DNA of 64,000 nucleotides. Origin: a bacterium (GTDB lineage Bacteria; Patescibacteriota; Patescibacteriia; UBA9934; GWF2-40-263). A model generated the notes under the pieces. The model saw nothing but the letters and a program-made list of their open reading frames with translations. It was not told the origin of the DNA and ran no database searches. Position numbers and translations under genes: made by a program. Location of the stretch: NCBI GenBank assembly GCA_021789915.1, contig JAJYIV010000001.1:375-64374 (forward strand), given 5' to 3'. This document shows, piece by piece, positions 19,494-30,575 of this stretch; the stretch's first letter is position 1; every line of letters starts with the position of its first letter.

Positions 19494-19626
19494 TTCGCAG
19501 GTTCCGGACCCGTCCCTTCCGGAAATACGTACGGCGTGGTCCGAGCATATCCGGACGGGAGAATTCCAAAGACGCGAAAAAGGGGTTCACTGTAGGCATA
19601 TTATTTTAGAATAATACCCTTTTTCT

Positions 19627-20640
19627 ATGCCCTTCGCTCTCATCGCCATCCTCGTCGTTTTGTTCGCGGGCGGCGGCGTCACGGCCGCTGCAAACCAGGC
19701 CAAGCCGGGCGACGCGCTGTACGGCTACAAGCTGGCGATCAACGAGCCGGTCGAGACGGCCCTCGCCGGATCGGACGCCGTCAAGGCCGCCCTTGAAGCC
19801 GCGCTCGCGAACCGGCGCCTGGCCGAAGCGGAATCGACGGCGGCCGCCGGCACGCTGACGCCGGCGCTGCAACAGGAAATCCAGGCCAACTTTCAAGCCC
19901 GCGTGGCGGCGGTCCAGCAGCTCGTCCACGCGCTCCAATTCCAAAAGAACTTCCAGGCCGCGTCGACCATCGCCGCGGATCTCGGCACGTCGCTCAGCGC
20001 GCATGCGCAGATACTCGCGCAGCTCTCCGCGAAGGCGGACAAGCCACAGGAAAAAACGTCGCTGGAGGATTTGCAGAGCGCCGTCAAGCAGGAAAGCGAG
20101 CGCGCGGACGCCCAGGACGCGAGCGTCCAGGAGGACGCGTCAAAACAGGCGCCGCCGGACGTGCAGGCCGCCGCGCTCGGCCGCCAAAAATCGGCGCAGA
20201 ACAAAATCGACGAAGTGCAGAAGTACCTCGACACCGTGAAGGACAGGATCGGCGCGGACGCGTATGCCAAGGCTTCCGCGCAGCTCGACGTGGCGAAGGC
20301 CTCCATGAAGGACGGGCAGGCCAAGCTTGACGCGAAGGATGACGCGGGAGCCTTTTCCCTGTTCTCCGCCGCCAGCCGCCAGGCGCAGTCCGCCCAGGAG
20401 ATGGCCCAGGCGAAGGACGAGCTGAACGTGGAGATTGACCTGGAGGAGCAGGGCGAATCCGGCGCGGAGGCGCAACAGGAAACGACGGAGGGCACAAAAG
20501 AACAGGAGCAGAAACAGCAGCAGAAACAGGAGATGGAGAAGCAGCAGGAACAGGAGAAGCAGCCGCAGGAAGCGGCGCCTGAAAAAAGCGGCGCGTCAGC
20601 CGACGTGAACGTGCGCGCCAACGTGCAGCTGGGCGAGTAA
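19627..20640 (+). CDS. DUF5667-like exported helical protein
   Basis: signal/TM then AKPGDALYGYK...INE...RRLAEA. Confidence 0.8.
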   Translation: MPFALIAILVVLFAGGGVTAAANQAKPGDALYGYKLAINEPVETALAGSDAVKAALEAALANRRLAEAESTAAAGTLTPALQQEIQANFQARVAAVQQLVHALQFQKNFQAASTIAADLGTSLSAHAQILAQLSAKADKPQEKTSLEDLQSAVKQESERADAQDASVQEDASKQAPPDVQAAALGRQKSAQNKIDEVQKYLDTVKDRIGADAYAKASAQLDVAKASMKDGQAKLDAKDDAGAFSLFSAASRQAQSAQEMAQAKDELNVEIDLEEQGESGAEAQQETTEGTKEQEQKQQQKQEMEKQQEQEKQPQEAAPEKSGASADVNVRANVQLGE

Positions 20641-20643
20641 GCG

Positions 20644-21039
20644 TTACGCAGGATGGAATGTCAGCGCCGCGCCGTTGATGCAGAAGCGCTTCCCCGTCGT
20701 CTCGCGCGGCCCGTCGTCGAACACGTGGCCCAGATGGCCGCCGCAGCGCGCGCATGTGACTTCAAGGCGATCCATGCCGTGCGATGTGTCGCGCGTGAAG
20801 ATGACGTTTCCCTCACGCACCGGACGATCGAAGCTGGGCCATCCGCAATGCGCGTCAAACTTGTTCCCCGACGAGAACAGCTCGGCGCCACAGGCAGCGC
20901 AGACATACACGCCCCGATCGTTTTTCGACACGTACGCGCTCGAGAACGGCGGTTCGGTCTCCTTCTTGCGCAGGACACGGTATTGCTCGGGCGTCAATTC
21001 CTTCTTCCATTCGGCGTCGGTTTTTTCGGCAGGCTGCAT
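20644..21039 (-). CDS. msrB: peptide-methionine (R)-S-oxide reductase
   Basis: [29 protein letters not shown]. Confidence 0.96.
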   Translation of the reverse strand: MQPAEKTDAEWKKELTPEQYRVLRKKETEPPFSSAYVSKNDRGVYVCAACGAELFSSGNKFDAHCGWPSFDRPVREGNVIFTRDTSHGMDRLEVTCARCGGHLGHVFDDGPRETTGKRFCINGAALTFHPA

Positions 21040-21053
21040 AGATTGACAGGCTC

Positions 21054-22895
21054 TTATTCCGGCCGCTTGGCCGCCTCGACCGCGCGCGCAATGAAGTCCG
21101 GCTGCGGGATCACGAGATCTTCTTCCTGCCCGAAGACGTTGACCTTGAAGTCCATCCCTTCGGCTTCCTTCTGGCCGATCACGACCGTCCACGGCACCTT
21201 CATCATCGCCGCGTCGCGGATCTTCTTGCCGACCTTTTCCGGGCTGTCGTCCAGCGCCACGCGCAGGCCCGCCGCCGCGAGCTTCTCCTTCAGGTCGTTC
21301 GCGAAGGGAATGAAATCATCCGAGACGGTCGCGAGACGGATCTGCTCCGGCGCGAGCCACAGCGGGAACGCGCCCGCGAGATGCTCGATCAGCACCGCGG
21401 CAAAGCGTTCGATCGAGCCCATGATCGCGCAATGGATCATCACGATGCGCTCGGATTCTCCTTTTTCGTTGATGCACGAAAGGTCGAAACGCTCCGGCAG
21501 GTTCAGGTCCAGCTGGATCGTCGCGACCTGGTGCTCGCGGCCGAGCGCGTCCATCGCCATGAAATCGAGCTTCGGCCCGTACATCGCCGCCTCGCCCTGG
21601 GCGACGAAGAAATCGGCCTGGCGCGCCCGGGCGATCTTCTCGAGCGCGCGTTCGGCCTCGGCCCAGATTTCCGGCGTGCCGAGGTACTTCTCCGCGCGCG
21701 CCGGATCGTGGAACGAAAGGCGCACGCGGAGCGTGAAGCCGAACGCGCGGTAAAAGCGGTCGATGATCGACCAGATGTTCGCGAATTCCTGCTCGACCTG
21801 GCGGTGCCGGCAGAAGATGTGCGAATCGTCCTGCGTGATCGAGAGGACGCGCGTGAGGCCGCCGAGCTCGCCGGACTGCTCGTCGCGGTAGACCATCGTC
21901 GTCTCGCTGTAGCGCTTCGGCAGCTCGCGGTAGCTGTGCGGCTTGCGCGCGTAGATCTGCGTGTGGTGCGGGCAGTTCATCGGCTTGAGCGCGTACTCGC
22001 GGCCCTCGCGCGCCGCGATGTGGAAGAGCTCGTCGGCGAATTTCGCCCAGTGGCCGGACGTTTCGTAAAGGCTGCGCTTCGTGATGTGCGGAATGGTGAC
22101 GCCCTCGTAGCCGAACGCGGCGCGCAGGTCCTGCACGAAACGGTCGAGCTCGCGGCGCACGATCGTACCGCGCGGCGTCCACAGCGGCAGGCCGCCGCCG
22201 ACCAATTCCGAGAACGTGAACAGGTCGAGTTCCTTGCCGAGCTTGCGGTGGTCGCGCTTCTTCGCTTCCTCGAGCATGGCGAGATATTCGTCGAGCGCCG
22301 CCTGCGTCGCGAAGCAATAGCCGTAGACGCGCTGCAGCTGCGGATTCTTCTCGTTGCCGCGCCAGTATGCGCCGGCGAGCTTGGCGAGCGTGAACGCGCC
22401 GATCTCGCCCGCGTTCGCGACGTGCGGCCCGCGGCACAAGTCGACGAACGGGCCGGTGTAATACACCGACGCCGTTTCGGCTCCCACCCCCCCGCCAGCC
22501 GCCGTGGAACCAGCCGGCAGCCCCCCCTCGGGCAGGGGGGGAATCCCCACATCCTGCGCCTCCTCGGGACGGATGGCCGTGGTCCCCTTCTCCTTCAGCG
22601 CCTTGAGCAGCTCGACCTTGAACGGCTGGTCGCGCTTCTCGAAGAAGACGATCGCGTCGTCGATCGGCATTTCCTCGCGCCGGAACGCGTCGCCGCGCTT
22701 GATGATCTCGCGCATCTTCGCTTCGATCTTCGGAAAATCCTCCTCCGTGATCGGCGCGGGCGTGAGGATGTCGTAATAAAATCCGTCCTCGACGACCGGC
22801 CCGACGCCGAACTTGGCGCCCGGGTAGAGCTCGCTCACCGCGGCGGCGAGCACGTGCGCGGCGGAGTGCCGCATGGCATGGAGTTTCTCATCCAT
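21054..22895 (-). CDS. thrS: threonine-tRNA ligase with in-frame palindromic insert
   Basis: [38 protein letters not shown]. Confidence 0.98.
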   Translation of the reverse strand: MDEKLHAMRHSAAHVLAAAVSELYPGAKFGVGPVVEDGFYYDILTPAPITEEDFPKIEAKMREIIKRGDAFRREEMPIDDAIVFFEKRDQPFKVELLKALKEKGTTAIRPEEAQDVGIPPLPEGGLPAGSTAAGGGVGAETASVYYTGPFVDLCRGPHVANAGEIGAFTLAKLAGAYWRGNEKNPQLQRVYGYCFATQAALDEYLAMLEEAKKRDHRKLGKELDLFTFSELVGGGLPLWTPRGTIVRRELDRFVQDLRAAFGYEGVTIPHITKRSLYETSGHWAKFADELFHIAAREGREYALKPMNCPHHTQIYARKPHSYRELPKRYSETTMVYRDEQSGELGGLTRVLSITQDDSHIFCRHRQVEQEFANIWSIIDRFYRAFGFTLRVRLSFHDPARAEKYLGTPEIWAEAERALEKIARARQADFFVAQGEAAMYGPKLDFMAMDALGREHQVATIQLDLNLPERFDLSCINEKGESERIVMIHCAIMGSIERFAAVLIEHLAGAFPLWLAPEQIRLATVSDDFIPFANDLKEKLAAAGLRVALDDSPEKVGKKIRDAAMMKVPWTVVIGQKEAEGMDFKVNVFGQEEDLVIPQPDFIARAVEAAKRPE

Positions 22896-22904
22896 ACGTG
22901 TTGA

Positions 22905-23140
22905 ACAAAAAAGAACCCAATCCTCTTGAGTTCTCGGGACCCTGCCGCGAAGGCGGGGCGGTTCCACCCGATTTGCCGCACGCCGATGGCTCCGGCGCGG
23001 GCCGCTTCTTTGCGAACGGAAAGCCTCCGTCCAGGCCGCTCGAGAGGCGGTACGGCTCCCCGCGCGTTCTTCCGGCTTGCAGTCACGGCCGGAAGTCCCT
23101 GGAAACGCGCGAACGGGAGGGCATGTCCTCTGTCATTGCG
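22905..23140 (-). promoter_or_regulatory. T-box riboswitch, Thr (ACC) specifier
   Basis: stem I GCAATGACAGAGG...CAGGGA...GACTGCAAG...GTACCGCCTCT-CGAGC; T-box AAATCGGGTGGAACCGC; terminator AGAACTCAA...TTGGGTTCTTTTTT. Confidence 0.85.
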
Positions 23141-23238
23141 ATAGAAACAGGGTACCAAGCTGTCTGCACGCGTCAAGGCAAAAAAGAAAAGATCCGCAAG
23201 GAGAAGCGGATCAGGACGCGGAGACGGCGCGGCGGTCG

Positions 23239-23553
23239 TCAGGAAACGATGACGTCGTAGGCGAGCGCCCCGTCGGGACGAGGCGCGCGGGAGAAGCGGA
23301 CGGAATGGCCCTGGCGCTCGAGGCCGCGTGCCACCGCCAGGGCGATGCCGCCGTCCAACTCGTGGCGCGCCACCTCCGGCGGAGCGTGAAGCCGCACGCT
23401 CGGACAAAAGCCCGAGGCCGGATCGTCGCCGCGCAAGGTGGTGAGGCGGAAATGGCGGTCGCCCTCACGGATGTGGCGCTTCGCCTCTCCGAGAAGCAGG
23501 CTGACGGTCTCGTCTCTCGGGACGACGGGCAGATCGATCACGTTCGAAGACAT
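23239..23553 (-). CDS. hypothetical protein
   Basis: GGAGGAG RBS before MSSNVIDL. Confidence 0.55.
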   Translation of the reverse strand: MSSNVIDLPVVPRDETVSLLLGEAKRHIREGDRHFRLTTLRGDDPASGFCPSVRLHAPPEVARHELDGGIALAVARGLERQGHSVRFSRAPRPDGALAYDVIVS

Positions 23554-23709
23554 GCGATTCTCCTCCGGCAAGCTAAACGCCGGACCGGCAGCGTAGCCGA
23601 TCCGGCAAGGCGCGTCAAACGTCGCGCACGAAAAGAAAAGACGGCCTTGTCCAGGCCGTCGACGTGCGGCGGGGAGAACGCGCATGACGTTGCGCGCCTC
23701 CCCGTCCGT

Positions 23710-24585
23710 TCACTTCCCAAGTTTCTTCGCCGCCCAGTCGGGCAGCGCGCCGCGCACGCAGCGCAGCGCCTCCTCGACGGTCATGCCAGCGAGATCCCTG
23801 GTATATTCCTCCGCCGTAGCCGCCGCCGCGGAGACGTCGACGCGGCCTTCCAAGTACTCGGCCAGGCGCCGACCGCGCGGCGTCGCGAGAAGCGCCCGGG
23901 CCTCCTCACGCTCCAGGTGGAGCACGCCGTCTGCGCCCTTGCGCGCGGTGACCCAGTCCGTGAGAGCTTTCGCCGCCTCGACGTCCAGCTCTTCTTCGCC
24001 TTCGTCTGGAACGGCGATCGGCTCCGTGAACCACCAGTGCCTTTCGGGCACTGGCGTCTCGAGCTTCAGCGCCAGAGCGGAGCGGGCAGGGGCGAGCACG
24101 CGCAGGCGCGGCAGCAGCGCGCGGATCTTCGCGTCCAGCCGCGCGAGCAGCGGAGCGTCTTCGGGGACGGCGATGCCGAGCGCCTGCGCCGCCCGCGCCA
24201 GCCGGTGCAGCGACTCGCGCAGCCGCAGCGCGTCGATCACCCACGCCTGCGTCTTCTCCGCCTTGAACGGATCCGGCGCCAGGACGGGCGGCAACAGCTC
24301 GTCGTCGGGGATGCCCTCTCGGAGCATCACACCGAGTACCCGCGTGCCTTGCATGAACTCGCGGCGCGCCTCCGCCGCCAGCGTCCTGCGCGACGCCTCG
24401 TCCAACGCCTCGACGCTCTCGGCGACGGCGTCCGGCTCCCGCTCGCCGCGGTCTCCCAGCTCGAGCAGCGCCGCGTTGGCCGCCTCCTCGAGATCATCTT
24501 CCGTCGTCGCGTCGAGCAGCGCGCTTGCCGCCGTGCGCAGTGTCTCCTCCATCTCTTCCTCCAAGGAAAAAGGCCTCTTCGGCAT
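23710..24585 (-). CDS. hypothetical acidic helical protein
   Basis: long ORF with coding-like composition; PERHWWF segment. Confidence 0.65.
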   Translation of the reverse strand: MPKRPFSLEEEMEETLRTAASALLDATTEDDLEEAANAALLELGDRGEREPDAVAESVEALDEASRRTLAAEARREFMQGTRVLGVMLREGIPDDELLPPVLAPDPFKAEKTQAWVIDALRLRESLHRLARAAQALGIAVPEDAPLLARLDAKIRALLPRLRVLAPARSALALKLETPVPERHWWFTEPIAVPDEGEEELDVEAAKALTDWVTARKGADGVLHLEREEARALLATPRGRRLAEYLEGRVDVSAAAATAEEYTRDLAGMTVEEALRCVRGALPDWAAKKLGK

Positions 24586-24623
24586 GATTGCCAAAAGAGG
24601 CCTACCATATTTTTCGCCTTTCG

Positions 24624-25808
24624 TCAAGGCGTAAGCTCCACGGTGATGTGATCCTTGAACCGCGGCACCGTGCGGATGAAGGGCGGCGTGAACTTCACCT
24701 GAACGTCCGTCGCCAGGCCTTCGTCGACAAGCGTCTTCTTCACCTGATCGGCCGTCATGCCGGCGAAGCGCGCGGGGTCAAGCCCGGCGCTTGCGGTGGA
24801 CGGCACGGCCTGGCCGTCAAGATAGACCTGGATATTGGCGCGCTCGCCGGTCAAATCCACCTTTTCCACCGTCACTTGCAAGCCGGCGGCGTTCACATTG
24901 GAGAATCGTTTCCCTGCCGGCAGATTTTGGAACAGACGGCGCGACGCCAAATCTTGTACGGCCGCCTGATCGTAGAACACCCCTACGACCTGCAGCGTCA
25001 TCGAGAGGTCGAAATGATCCGCCTGGGTCCCGACAGGGACGCTCGTTTTTTGGCTCACGACCGTCACGTCGTAGGAGACGCCCTTCAGCGTGTCGTCCGC
25101 CTGCTGGCGCAAGGCTGCCTCGGCGTCCGCCGTCAATTTCCCTTTCAGGTCATTGGCAGCCTGGTCGATGTCCACTTGCCCGATGGCTGCCACCTGCGCT
25201 TCCCCGCCGGTGAAGGCCGCGGCGTTGTCGGCGTAAATCACCGCCTGCTTGGCGGCGTTCAAACCAGGAATCGTAAAATGCGTGCCCGCGGGAAGATCGC
25301 CGGAAGCGCCTTTCTTGTCCGCATACGCCGGCGCGTCGACGGTCCCGTGGGCCGGCACGGTCACGCCGACATCCAGGCGCATGAGCGTGCCGTCAGGAGC
25401 GAGCAGGCGCGTGGTGCGCACCAGCGGCTGGCGGGAACCCGTCTCGTTGTGCAGCGTAACGGTGCCGCGCGCCGTGCCGATGACCGTTTTGGCCCCCTGT
25501 CCGCCCGGCTGATACGTGGCCGTGCGCGACAGCGCGGTGGACAGCACGCGGCCGCGGATCTCATGATCGGCCGTCGGCGTGCGCACGACGTCCAGGAGGA
25601 AATTCGTCTTGACCGTCTCGACGGTCGGCGTGACGAGAATGTCGGCCTGCACGGTGGAGACGTACACGACGATGACGAGCAGAACGGCCACCACGGCGAC
25701 GAAGCCGAAGGCGATCCGGCGATACAGGCGCAGCGACGGCGACGGCGGAACCGGCTCGCCGGCGCGGCGCACGGAAACGTGTTTGGAAACGGGTTTTTTC
25801 GGCGACAT
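24624..25808 (-). CDS. membrane-anchored baseplate-J-like protein
   Basis: N-terminal TM; ARGTVTLHN, LVRTTRL, ADKKG..GD, FTIPGL, FTGG. Confidence 0.7.
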   Translation of the reverse strand: MSPKKPVSKHVSVRRAGEPVPPSPSLRLYRRIAFGFVAVVAVLLVIVVYVSTVQADILVTPTVETVKTNFLLDVVRTPTADHEIRGRVLSTALSRTATYQPGGQGAKTVIGTARGTVTLHNETGSRQPLVRTTRLLAPDGTLMRLDVGVTVPAHGTVDAPAYADKKGASGDLPAGTHFTIPGLNAAKQAVIYADNAAAFTGGEAQVAAIGQVDIDQAANDLKGKLTADAEAALRQQADDTLKGVSYDVTVVSQKTSVPVGTQADHFDLSMTLQVVGVFYDQAAVQDLASRRLFQNLPAGKRFSNVNAAGLQVTVEKVDLTGERANIQVYLDGQAVPSTASAGLDPARFAGMTADQVKKTLVDEGLATDVQVKFTPPFIRTVPRFKDHITVELTP

Positions 25809-26008
25809 AACGGGCGTGTCGACGTCCTCCTTAAGTGATCTTGTCTGAAGCATAGCAGAAAAGCCGCGGCGGCGCGAGCGGAACGGTGGCGGGCATTTGG
25901 CAACTGACATCTGGCTGTTGGTTCGCGGCGGGGAACCCGCCTGCGTCCTTCGAACTACGGCGGGCAGGCAAGCCCCGCGCTACGTGCCTCGCCCTAGCTA
26001 CGAGCTGC

Positions 26009-29000
26009 TTACTCCTCCTTCCGCCCCGACTCCACATTCTGCCGGCCCACCACGGACGCAATCTGGTCCAACGTGTCCGGCGACACGGAGACGCGATAGT
26101 CCGTCTCGATCCGACGCAGCCGCCCGCCCGCTTCCACAAGGAAGCAGACGCGCTCCGTCCCGGCGTTCGATTGGAAAATGGCGCGCAGCTTTTCGACCGT
26201 CTCCTGGCTTGGACGTCCGCGCAAAGCGATGGACAAGCCCCCGCGATGCATCAGCGCGGGCTTGGCCGGCGCCGCGGGAGCGGCATCGCCTCCGAACACG
26301 GGGCGCGCGGCACGCGCGGGCGACTCGCTCGGCGATCCCTGCCCGGCCGTCGCTCCTGGCGCCCATTGGCCGTCGCGCAGCATGCGCTCGAGCGCCTCCG
26401 CATCATCCTCCCCGGCGATGACGAAGCTGTTGACGAGAAGCTTCACGTCGGCGGCGGCCGGCGCTTCCGTCTCGAATGCATCCGGCTCATCCGAGGGCTT
26501 CCGACGCCGCCCGCCGTTGGCGGACCGGTCGACTTTCGCCGACGCCAGGACGACTTTGTCCATCAAATCCACGCCCTTGTACTCGGCCCACGTGCGCGGA
26601 AAGGCAATGGCTTCCACGGACCCGCGCAGATCCTGCACCGTCAAGAAGGCCATCGTATCCCCCTTCTTCGTCAGGATTTCTTTGACGGACGCCACCACGC
26701 CGCCGACTTTCACGAATTGCCCGTCCGGCACTTTTGCGAGACCGCTGCAAGGGACAAGAAAGGCGCCGAGGCGTCTGGCGTATTCCGCAAACGGATGCGA
26801 CGAAACGTACAGCCCGAGCAATTCCTTCTCCCACGCCAGGCGCTCCGCCATTCGGGCCGGCGGACACGGTTTCAGCGACAGCGCCGCCGCCCCCGCGTCC
26901 GCCGGGGCCAGGGAAAAGAGGCTCGCCTGGTTCTGCTCGCGCTCGCGCTGCGCCGCCTTGTTATAGAGCAGGACGCGATCCATGTTGGCGAGCAGCTGCG
27001 CGCGCTCGCCGAAACGGTCCATGGCCCCGGCCTTGATGAGCGACTCAAGCGCCTTCTTGTTGAAGGCCTTGTGATGCATGCGGCGCGCGAAATCCGCCAG
27101 GTCGGCGAACGGACCGTTCTGCGTGCGCTCCGCGACGATGGCGCGCACGACTTCGCCGCCCAGGTTCTTGATCGCCACCAGCCCGAAGCGGATCGACGCG
27201 TCCGACATGCAGGTGAACGTCTCGTAGGATTCGTTGACGTCCGGCGGCAGCACGCCGATCCCCAGGCGCTGGCACTCGTGCACGGCCTCGGCAACCGTTT
27301 CCAAATCGAAGGATTCGGCCGTCATGAGCGCCGTCATGTACTCGGCCGGATAATTCGCCTTCAAATACGCCGTCTCGTACGCGACCATGCCGTAGCTTGC
27401 GGCATGCGCCTTGTTGAATCCGTACGCCGCGAACGGCTCGATCAGCTTCCACAGCTCCTGCGCCGTCTTCTCGTCCATGCCGTTCGCAAGGAATCCCTGG
27501 TGCAGCTTTTCCTTCTGCGCCTGCATCTCCTCCGGGATCTTCTTGCCCATGGCCTTGCGCAGCTTGTCGGCTTCCAGCCACGAGTAGCCGGCCAGCTTGA
27601 TCGAGATGAGCATGACGTCGTCCTGGTACACGATGACGCCGTAGGTCGGCTCCAAAATCTCCTTGAGCCGCGGATCGAGGTAGCTGGCGAGCGACGGGTT
27701 GTTTTTGCGCTTGATATATTCCGGGATGGAATCGATCGGGCCGGGACGGTAGAGCGCCACCATGACCATGATGTCCTCGATGCGTTCCGGCTTCAGCTCC
27801 ATGAGGTATTTCGTCATCCCGTCGCCGTTCAGCTGGAACGTGCCCATGGTCTGGCCGGTAGAGAGCAGCTCGAAGGTTTTCCGGTCATCCACCGGCACGC
27901 GCTCGATGTCGACGTCCGCGCCCTTGAGCTTCTTGACGAGCTTCACGGCGTCCCCGATGATCGAAAGGTTGCGGATGCCGAGGAAGTCCATCTTCAGGAG
28001 GCCCGCCGCCTCGACGGACTTCATCTCGTACTGGGTGATGACCTTGCCCTCGCGCGTGTCGACCTGCAGCGGCGTGAAATCCGTGAGCGGCGACGGGGCG
28101 ATGACGGTGCCGGCGGCGTGGATGGACACGTGGCGCGCGCAGCCTTCGATCATGCGCGCGGCGTCGATCACGCGGCGGACGTCGGCGTCCGTGTCGTAGA
28201 GTTTCTTCAAGTCCGGGGTCTCCTCCAAGGCGCGCGCGAGCGTCATCGGGAAGCCCTGGCTGCCCATCGGCACCTGCTTGGCCACCCGGTCGGCGAACGC
28301 CGGCGGGAAGCCGAGCGCGCGGGCCGTGTCGCGCACGCTGCCGCGCGCCATCATGGTGCCGAACGTGCAGATCTGCGCCACCTTGTCGGCGCCGTACTTC
28401 TCCGTGACGTATCTGATCACCTCGTCGCGGCGGTTGTCGGCGAAGTCGCCGTCCACGTCCGGCGCGCTGGGGCGCTCCGGGTTGAGGAAGCGCTCGAACG
28501 GCAGGCGGTAGCGCAGCGGGTTGATGCTGGAGATGCCGATCGCGTAGCCGACCAGCGATCCGGCCGCCGAGCCGCGCGTGGTCGTGACGATGCCGTGGCG
28601 GCGCGACCACTCGATGTAGTCGGACACGATGAGGAAATACGGCGCGAAGCCTTTCTTCTCGATGACGGACAGCTCGTAATTGAGGCGGTCCACGACCGTC
28701 TGGTCCACGGCGTCGACTTTATCCTTGATCTCGGCGAACGCGCGCGCACGCAACACGTCGAGAAAGGTCTTACCTTCCGGGATCTTGTAGTCGGCGAAAT
28801 TCCACGCGCCCAATTTCAAGTCCACGCGGCAGCGGTCCGCGATGCGGCGCGTGTTCTCGATCGCCTCCGGCACGTCCTTGAAACGCTCCTCCATGTCCTC
28901 CGCCGAGACGAGCGAAGCGTCGTACTCGTACGGCTGCAGGCGTTCGAAATCCTCCAGCGTCTTGCCGCCCTTGATGCAGTTGAGGATCTTCCAGCCCTCG

Positions 29001-29650
29001 ACGTCCGACGGGTGCAGGTAGAAGGCGTTCTTGGTTGCCACCACGGGCACGCCAAGTTCGCGGCCGAGCTCGATCAGCTGCGCGTTCACGGCTTCCTGCT
29101 CCGGGATCTCCGGACGGTCGACGAGCTCCAGGAAGAAATGCTCCGCGCCGAAAATCTCGAGATATTCGCGGACCAGCCGGCGCGCCTCGTCCTTGGCGCC
29201 GTGCGCGAGCTGTTCCTCGATTTCGCCTTGGTGGCCGCCGGAGAGCGCGATCAGCCCCGAGGCATGCGCGCGCAGAATCTCTTTGTCGATGCGCGGCTTG
29301 TAGTAAAAGCCCTCCAGGAAACCGATGGACGACAGCTTCACCAGGTTCCTGTAGCCTTCGTTGTTTTCCGCCAGCAGCACCAGGCGGTTGGGCCTGGTGT
29401 CGATGCGCGCGCGTTTTTGCCGGCGGCCGTCGCGGGCGAGATAGGCGTCCATGCCAAGGATCGGGTTGAGCTCCGCCTCCTTCGCTTTTTGATAGAACTC
29501 GATGGCGCCGTAGAGGACGCCGTTGTCCGTGAGCGCCAGGGCGTCCATGTCCATCTTTTTTGCCTGCTTAATCAAGGCCTTGACCTTGGGCAGGGCCTCA
29601 AGCAGCGAGTAGTGGCTATGGACGTGCAGGTGTACGAAACGGGACGGCAT
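26009..29650 (-). CDS. dnaE: DNA polymerase III alpha subunit
   Basis: HLHVHSHYSLL PHP domain, RGSAAGS, FERFLNPER, PDVDGD, KMDFLG, YGFNKAH. Confidence 0.98.
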   Translation of the reverse strand: MPSRFVHLHVHSHYSLLEALPKVKALIKQAKKMDMDALALTDNGVLYGAIEFYQKAKEAELNPILGMDAYLARDGRRQKRARIDTRPNRLVLLAENNEGYRNLVKLSSIGFLEGFYYKPRIDKEILRAHASGLIALSGGHQGEIEEQLAHGAKDEARRLVREYLEIFGAEHFFLELVDRPEIPEQEAVNAQLIELGRELGVPVVATKNAFYLHPSDVEGWKILNCIKGGKTLEDFERLQPYEYDASLVSAEDMEERFKDVPEAIENTRRIADRCRVDLKLGAWNFADYKIPEGKTFLDVLRARAFAEIKDKVDAVDQTVVDRLNYELSVIEKKGFAPYFLIVSDYIEWSRRHGIVTTTRGSAAGSLVGYAIGISSINPLRYRLPFERFLNPERPSAPDVDGDFADNRRDEVIRYVTEKYGADKVAQICTFGTMMARGSVRDTARALGFPPAFADRVAKQVPMGSQGFPMTLARALEETPDLKKLYDTDADVRRVIDAARMIEGCARHVSIHAAGTVIAPSPLTDFTPLQVDTREGKVITQYEMKSVEAAGLLKMDFLGIRNLSIIGDAVKLVKKLKGADVDIERVPVDDRKTFELLSTGQTMGTFQLNGDGMTKYLMELKPERIEDIMVMVALYRPGPIDSIPEYIKRKNNPSLASYLDPRLKEILEPTYGVIVYQDDVMLISIKLAGYSWLEADKLRKAMGKKIPEEMQAQKEKLHQGFLANGMDEKTAQELWKLIEPFAAYGFNKAHAASYGMVAYETAYLKANYPAEYMTALMTAESFDLETVAEAVHECQRLGIGVLPPDVNESYETFTCMSDASIRFGLVAIKNLGGEVVRAIVAERTQNGPFADLADFARRMHHKAFNKKALESLIKAGAMDRFGERAQLLANMDRVLLYNKAAQREREQNQASLFSLAPADAGAAALSLKPCPPARMAERLAWEKELLGLYVSSHPFAEYARRLGAFLVPCSGLAKVPDGQFVKVGGVVASVKEILTKKGDTMAFLTVQDLRGSVEAIAFPRTWAEYKGVDLMDKVVLASAKVDRSANGGRRRKPSDEPDAFETEAPAAADVKLLVNSFVIAGEDDAEALERMLRDGQWAPGATAGQGSPSESPARAARPVFGGDAAPAAPAKPALMHRGGLSIALRGRPSQETVEKLRAIFQSNAGTERVCFLVEAGGRLRRIETDYRVSVSPDTLDQIASVVGRQNVESGRKEE

Positions 29651-29661
29651 GGGGAAGCGTC

Positions 29662-29716
29662 TTTAGGCGTTAGGCGTGATCCCTTGCCTAACGGCTAACA
29701 GCTAAAGGCTAACGGT
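29662..29716. repeat. inverted 7-mer arrays (TTAGGCG ... GCTAACR)
   Basis: TTTAGGC GTTAGGC then GCCTAAC GGCTAAC AGCTAAA GGCTAAC. Confidence 0.7.
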
Positions 29717-29767
29717 TGGAGAATAACATCGCCGGCCGCCGGACGGAAGCAGCATGCAGGCGACACG

Positions 29768-30439
29768 TCAGCGCAAGGTAAGGACCTGTATGAGTCCGTC
29801 GTCGAAGTACCAGTCCCCGCCGCCGTTGAATCCCCAAAGCGTCGGATAACCGATGCGCGCCGTGGTCTCGGTCTGGACCGTCCCGGCATCCGCAAGCGTC
29901 CGCGCGGCGAAATCCCGCTCTCCATCGACATTCGGCGAAACGTGGTGCGTCGGCAACGCCGTCGTCCCGCTCAGCTCGATGCCCGAGTCATAGGAGGCCG
30001 AGCCGATCCACAGCGGCTTGCCCGATACGAGCATGGTCGTCCGCCAAAGCCGCACGTGATGCCGTTCACGCGCCGAGCCGGCAGGCAGCTCGAACGCCAA
30101 ATCCTGCACGCGGCCGAACAGGCGCAAGTCGCTCACGGGCGCCGAGGGATAGGGGGCGTCCAAGGCGCTCGCCGCCGCCATCTTCAAGGCGCTCGCCGCC
30201 GTGACGGGTTCGGGGACCAGCCAGCGCGCGGCGTGAAAGGCACGAATGATGGATGCCTCATCCCCGACGAAGGCGACGTTGACCGGATCTCCCGCGTGGC
30301 CGAAGGAAGCCGTCGTCGCGACAGGGAGCGACGAAAAAAGAGGGCTGGGCCGCATGAGCCATGCGAAGGCCAGCGCCCCCGCGGACGCGCACGTCGCGAC
30401 GAGGAGCAGGATGCTGCGCGCCCGAAGTCTTTTAAACAT
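29768..30439 (-). CDS. LssY C-terminal domain protein
   Basis: GDPVNVAF, QDLAF, RHHVRLW, WIGSASYD.G, TH.V.PNVD.ERD. Confidence 0.8.
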   Translation of the reverse strand: MFKRLRARSILLLVATCASAGALAFAWLMRPSPLFSSLPVATTASFGHAGDPVNVAFVGDEASIIRAFHAARWLVPEPVTAASALKMAAASALDAPYPSAPVSDLRLFGRVQDLAFELPAGSARERHHVRLWRTTMLVSGKPLWIGSASYDSGIELSGTTALPTHHVSPNVDGERDFAARTLADAGTVQTETTARIGYPTLWGFNGGGDWYFDDGLIQVLTLR

Positions 30440-30575
30440 ACGCGAACCGCGCTTGAAAGATAGCATCGCGGGCCGCGGGACGGAAGGCGGCGCGAGGACG
30501 TCCCCTTCTTGACGCGGCGAGGGCGGCATGATTGTCTGCAGACACGCGGACCGTGACGGTTCTCCGGAGGAATCC

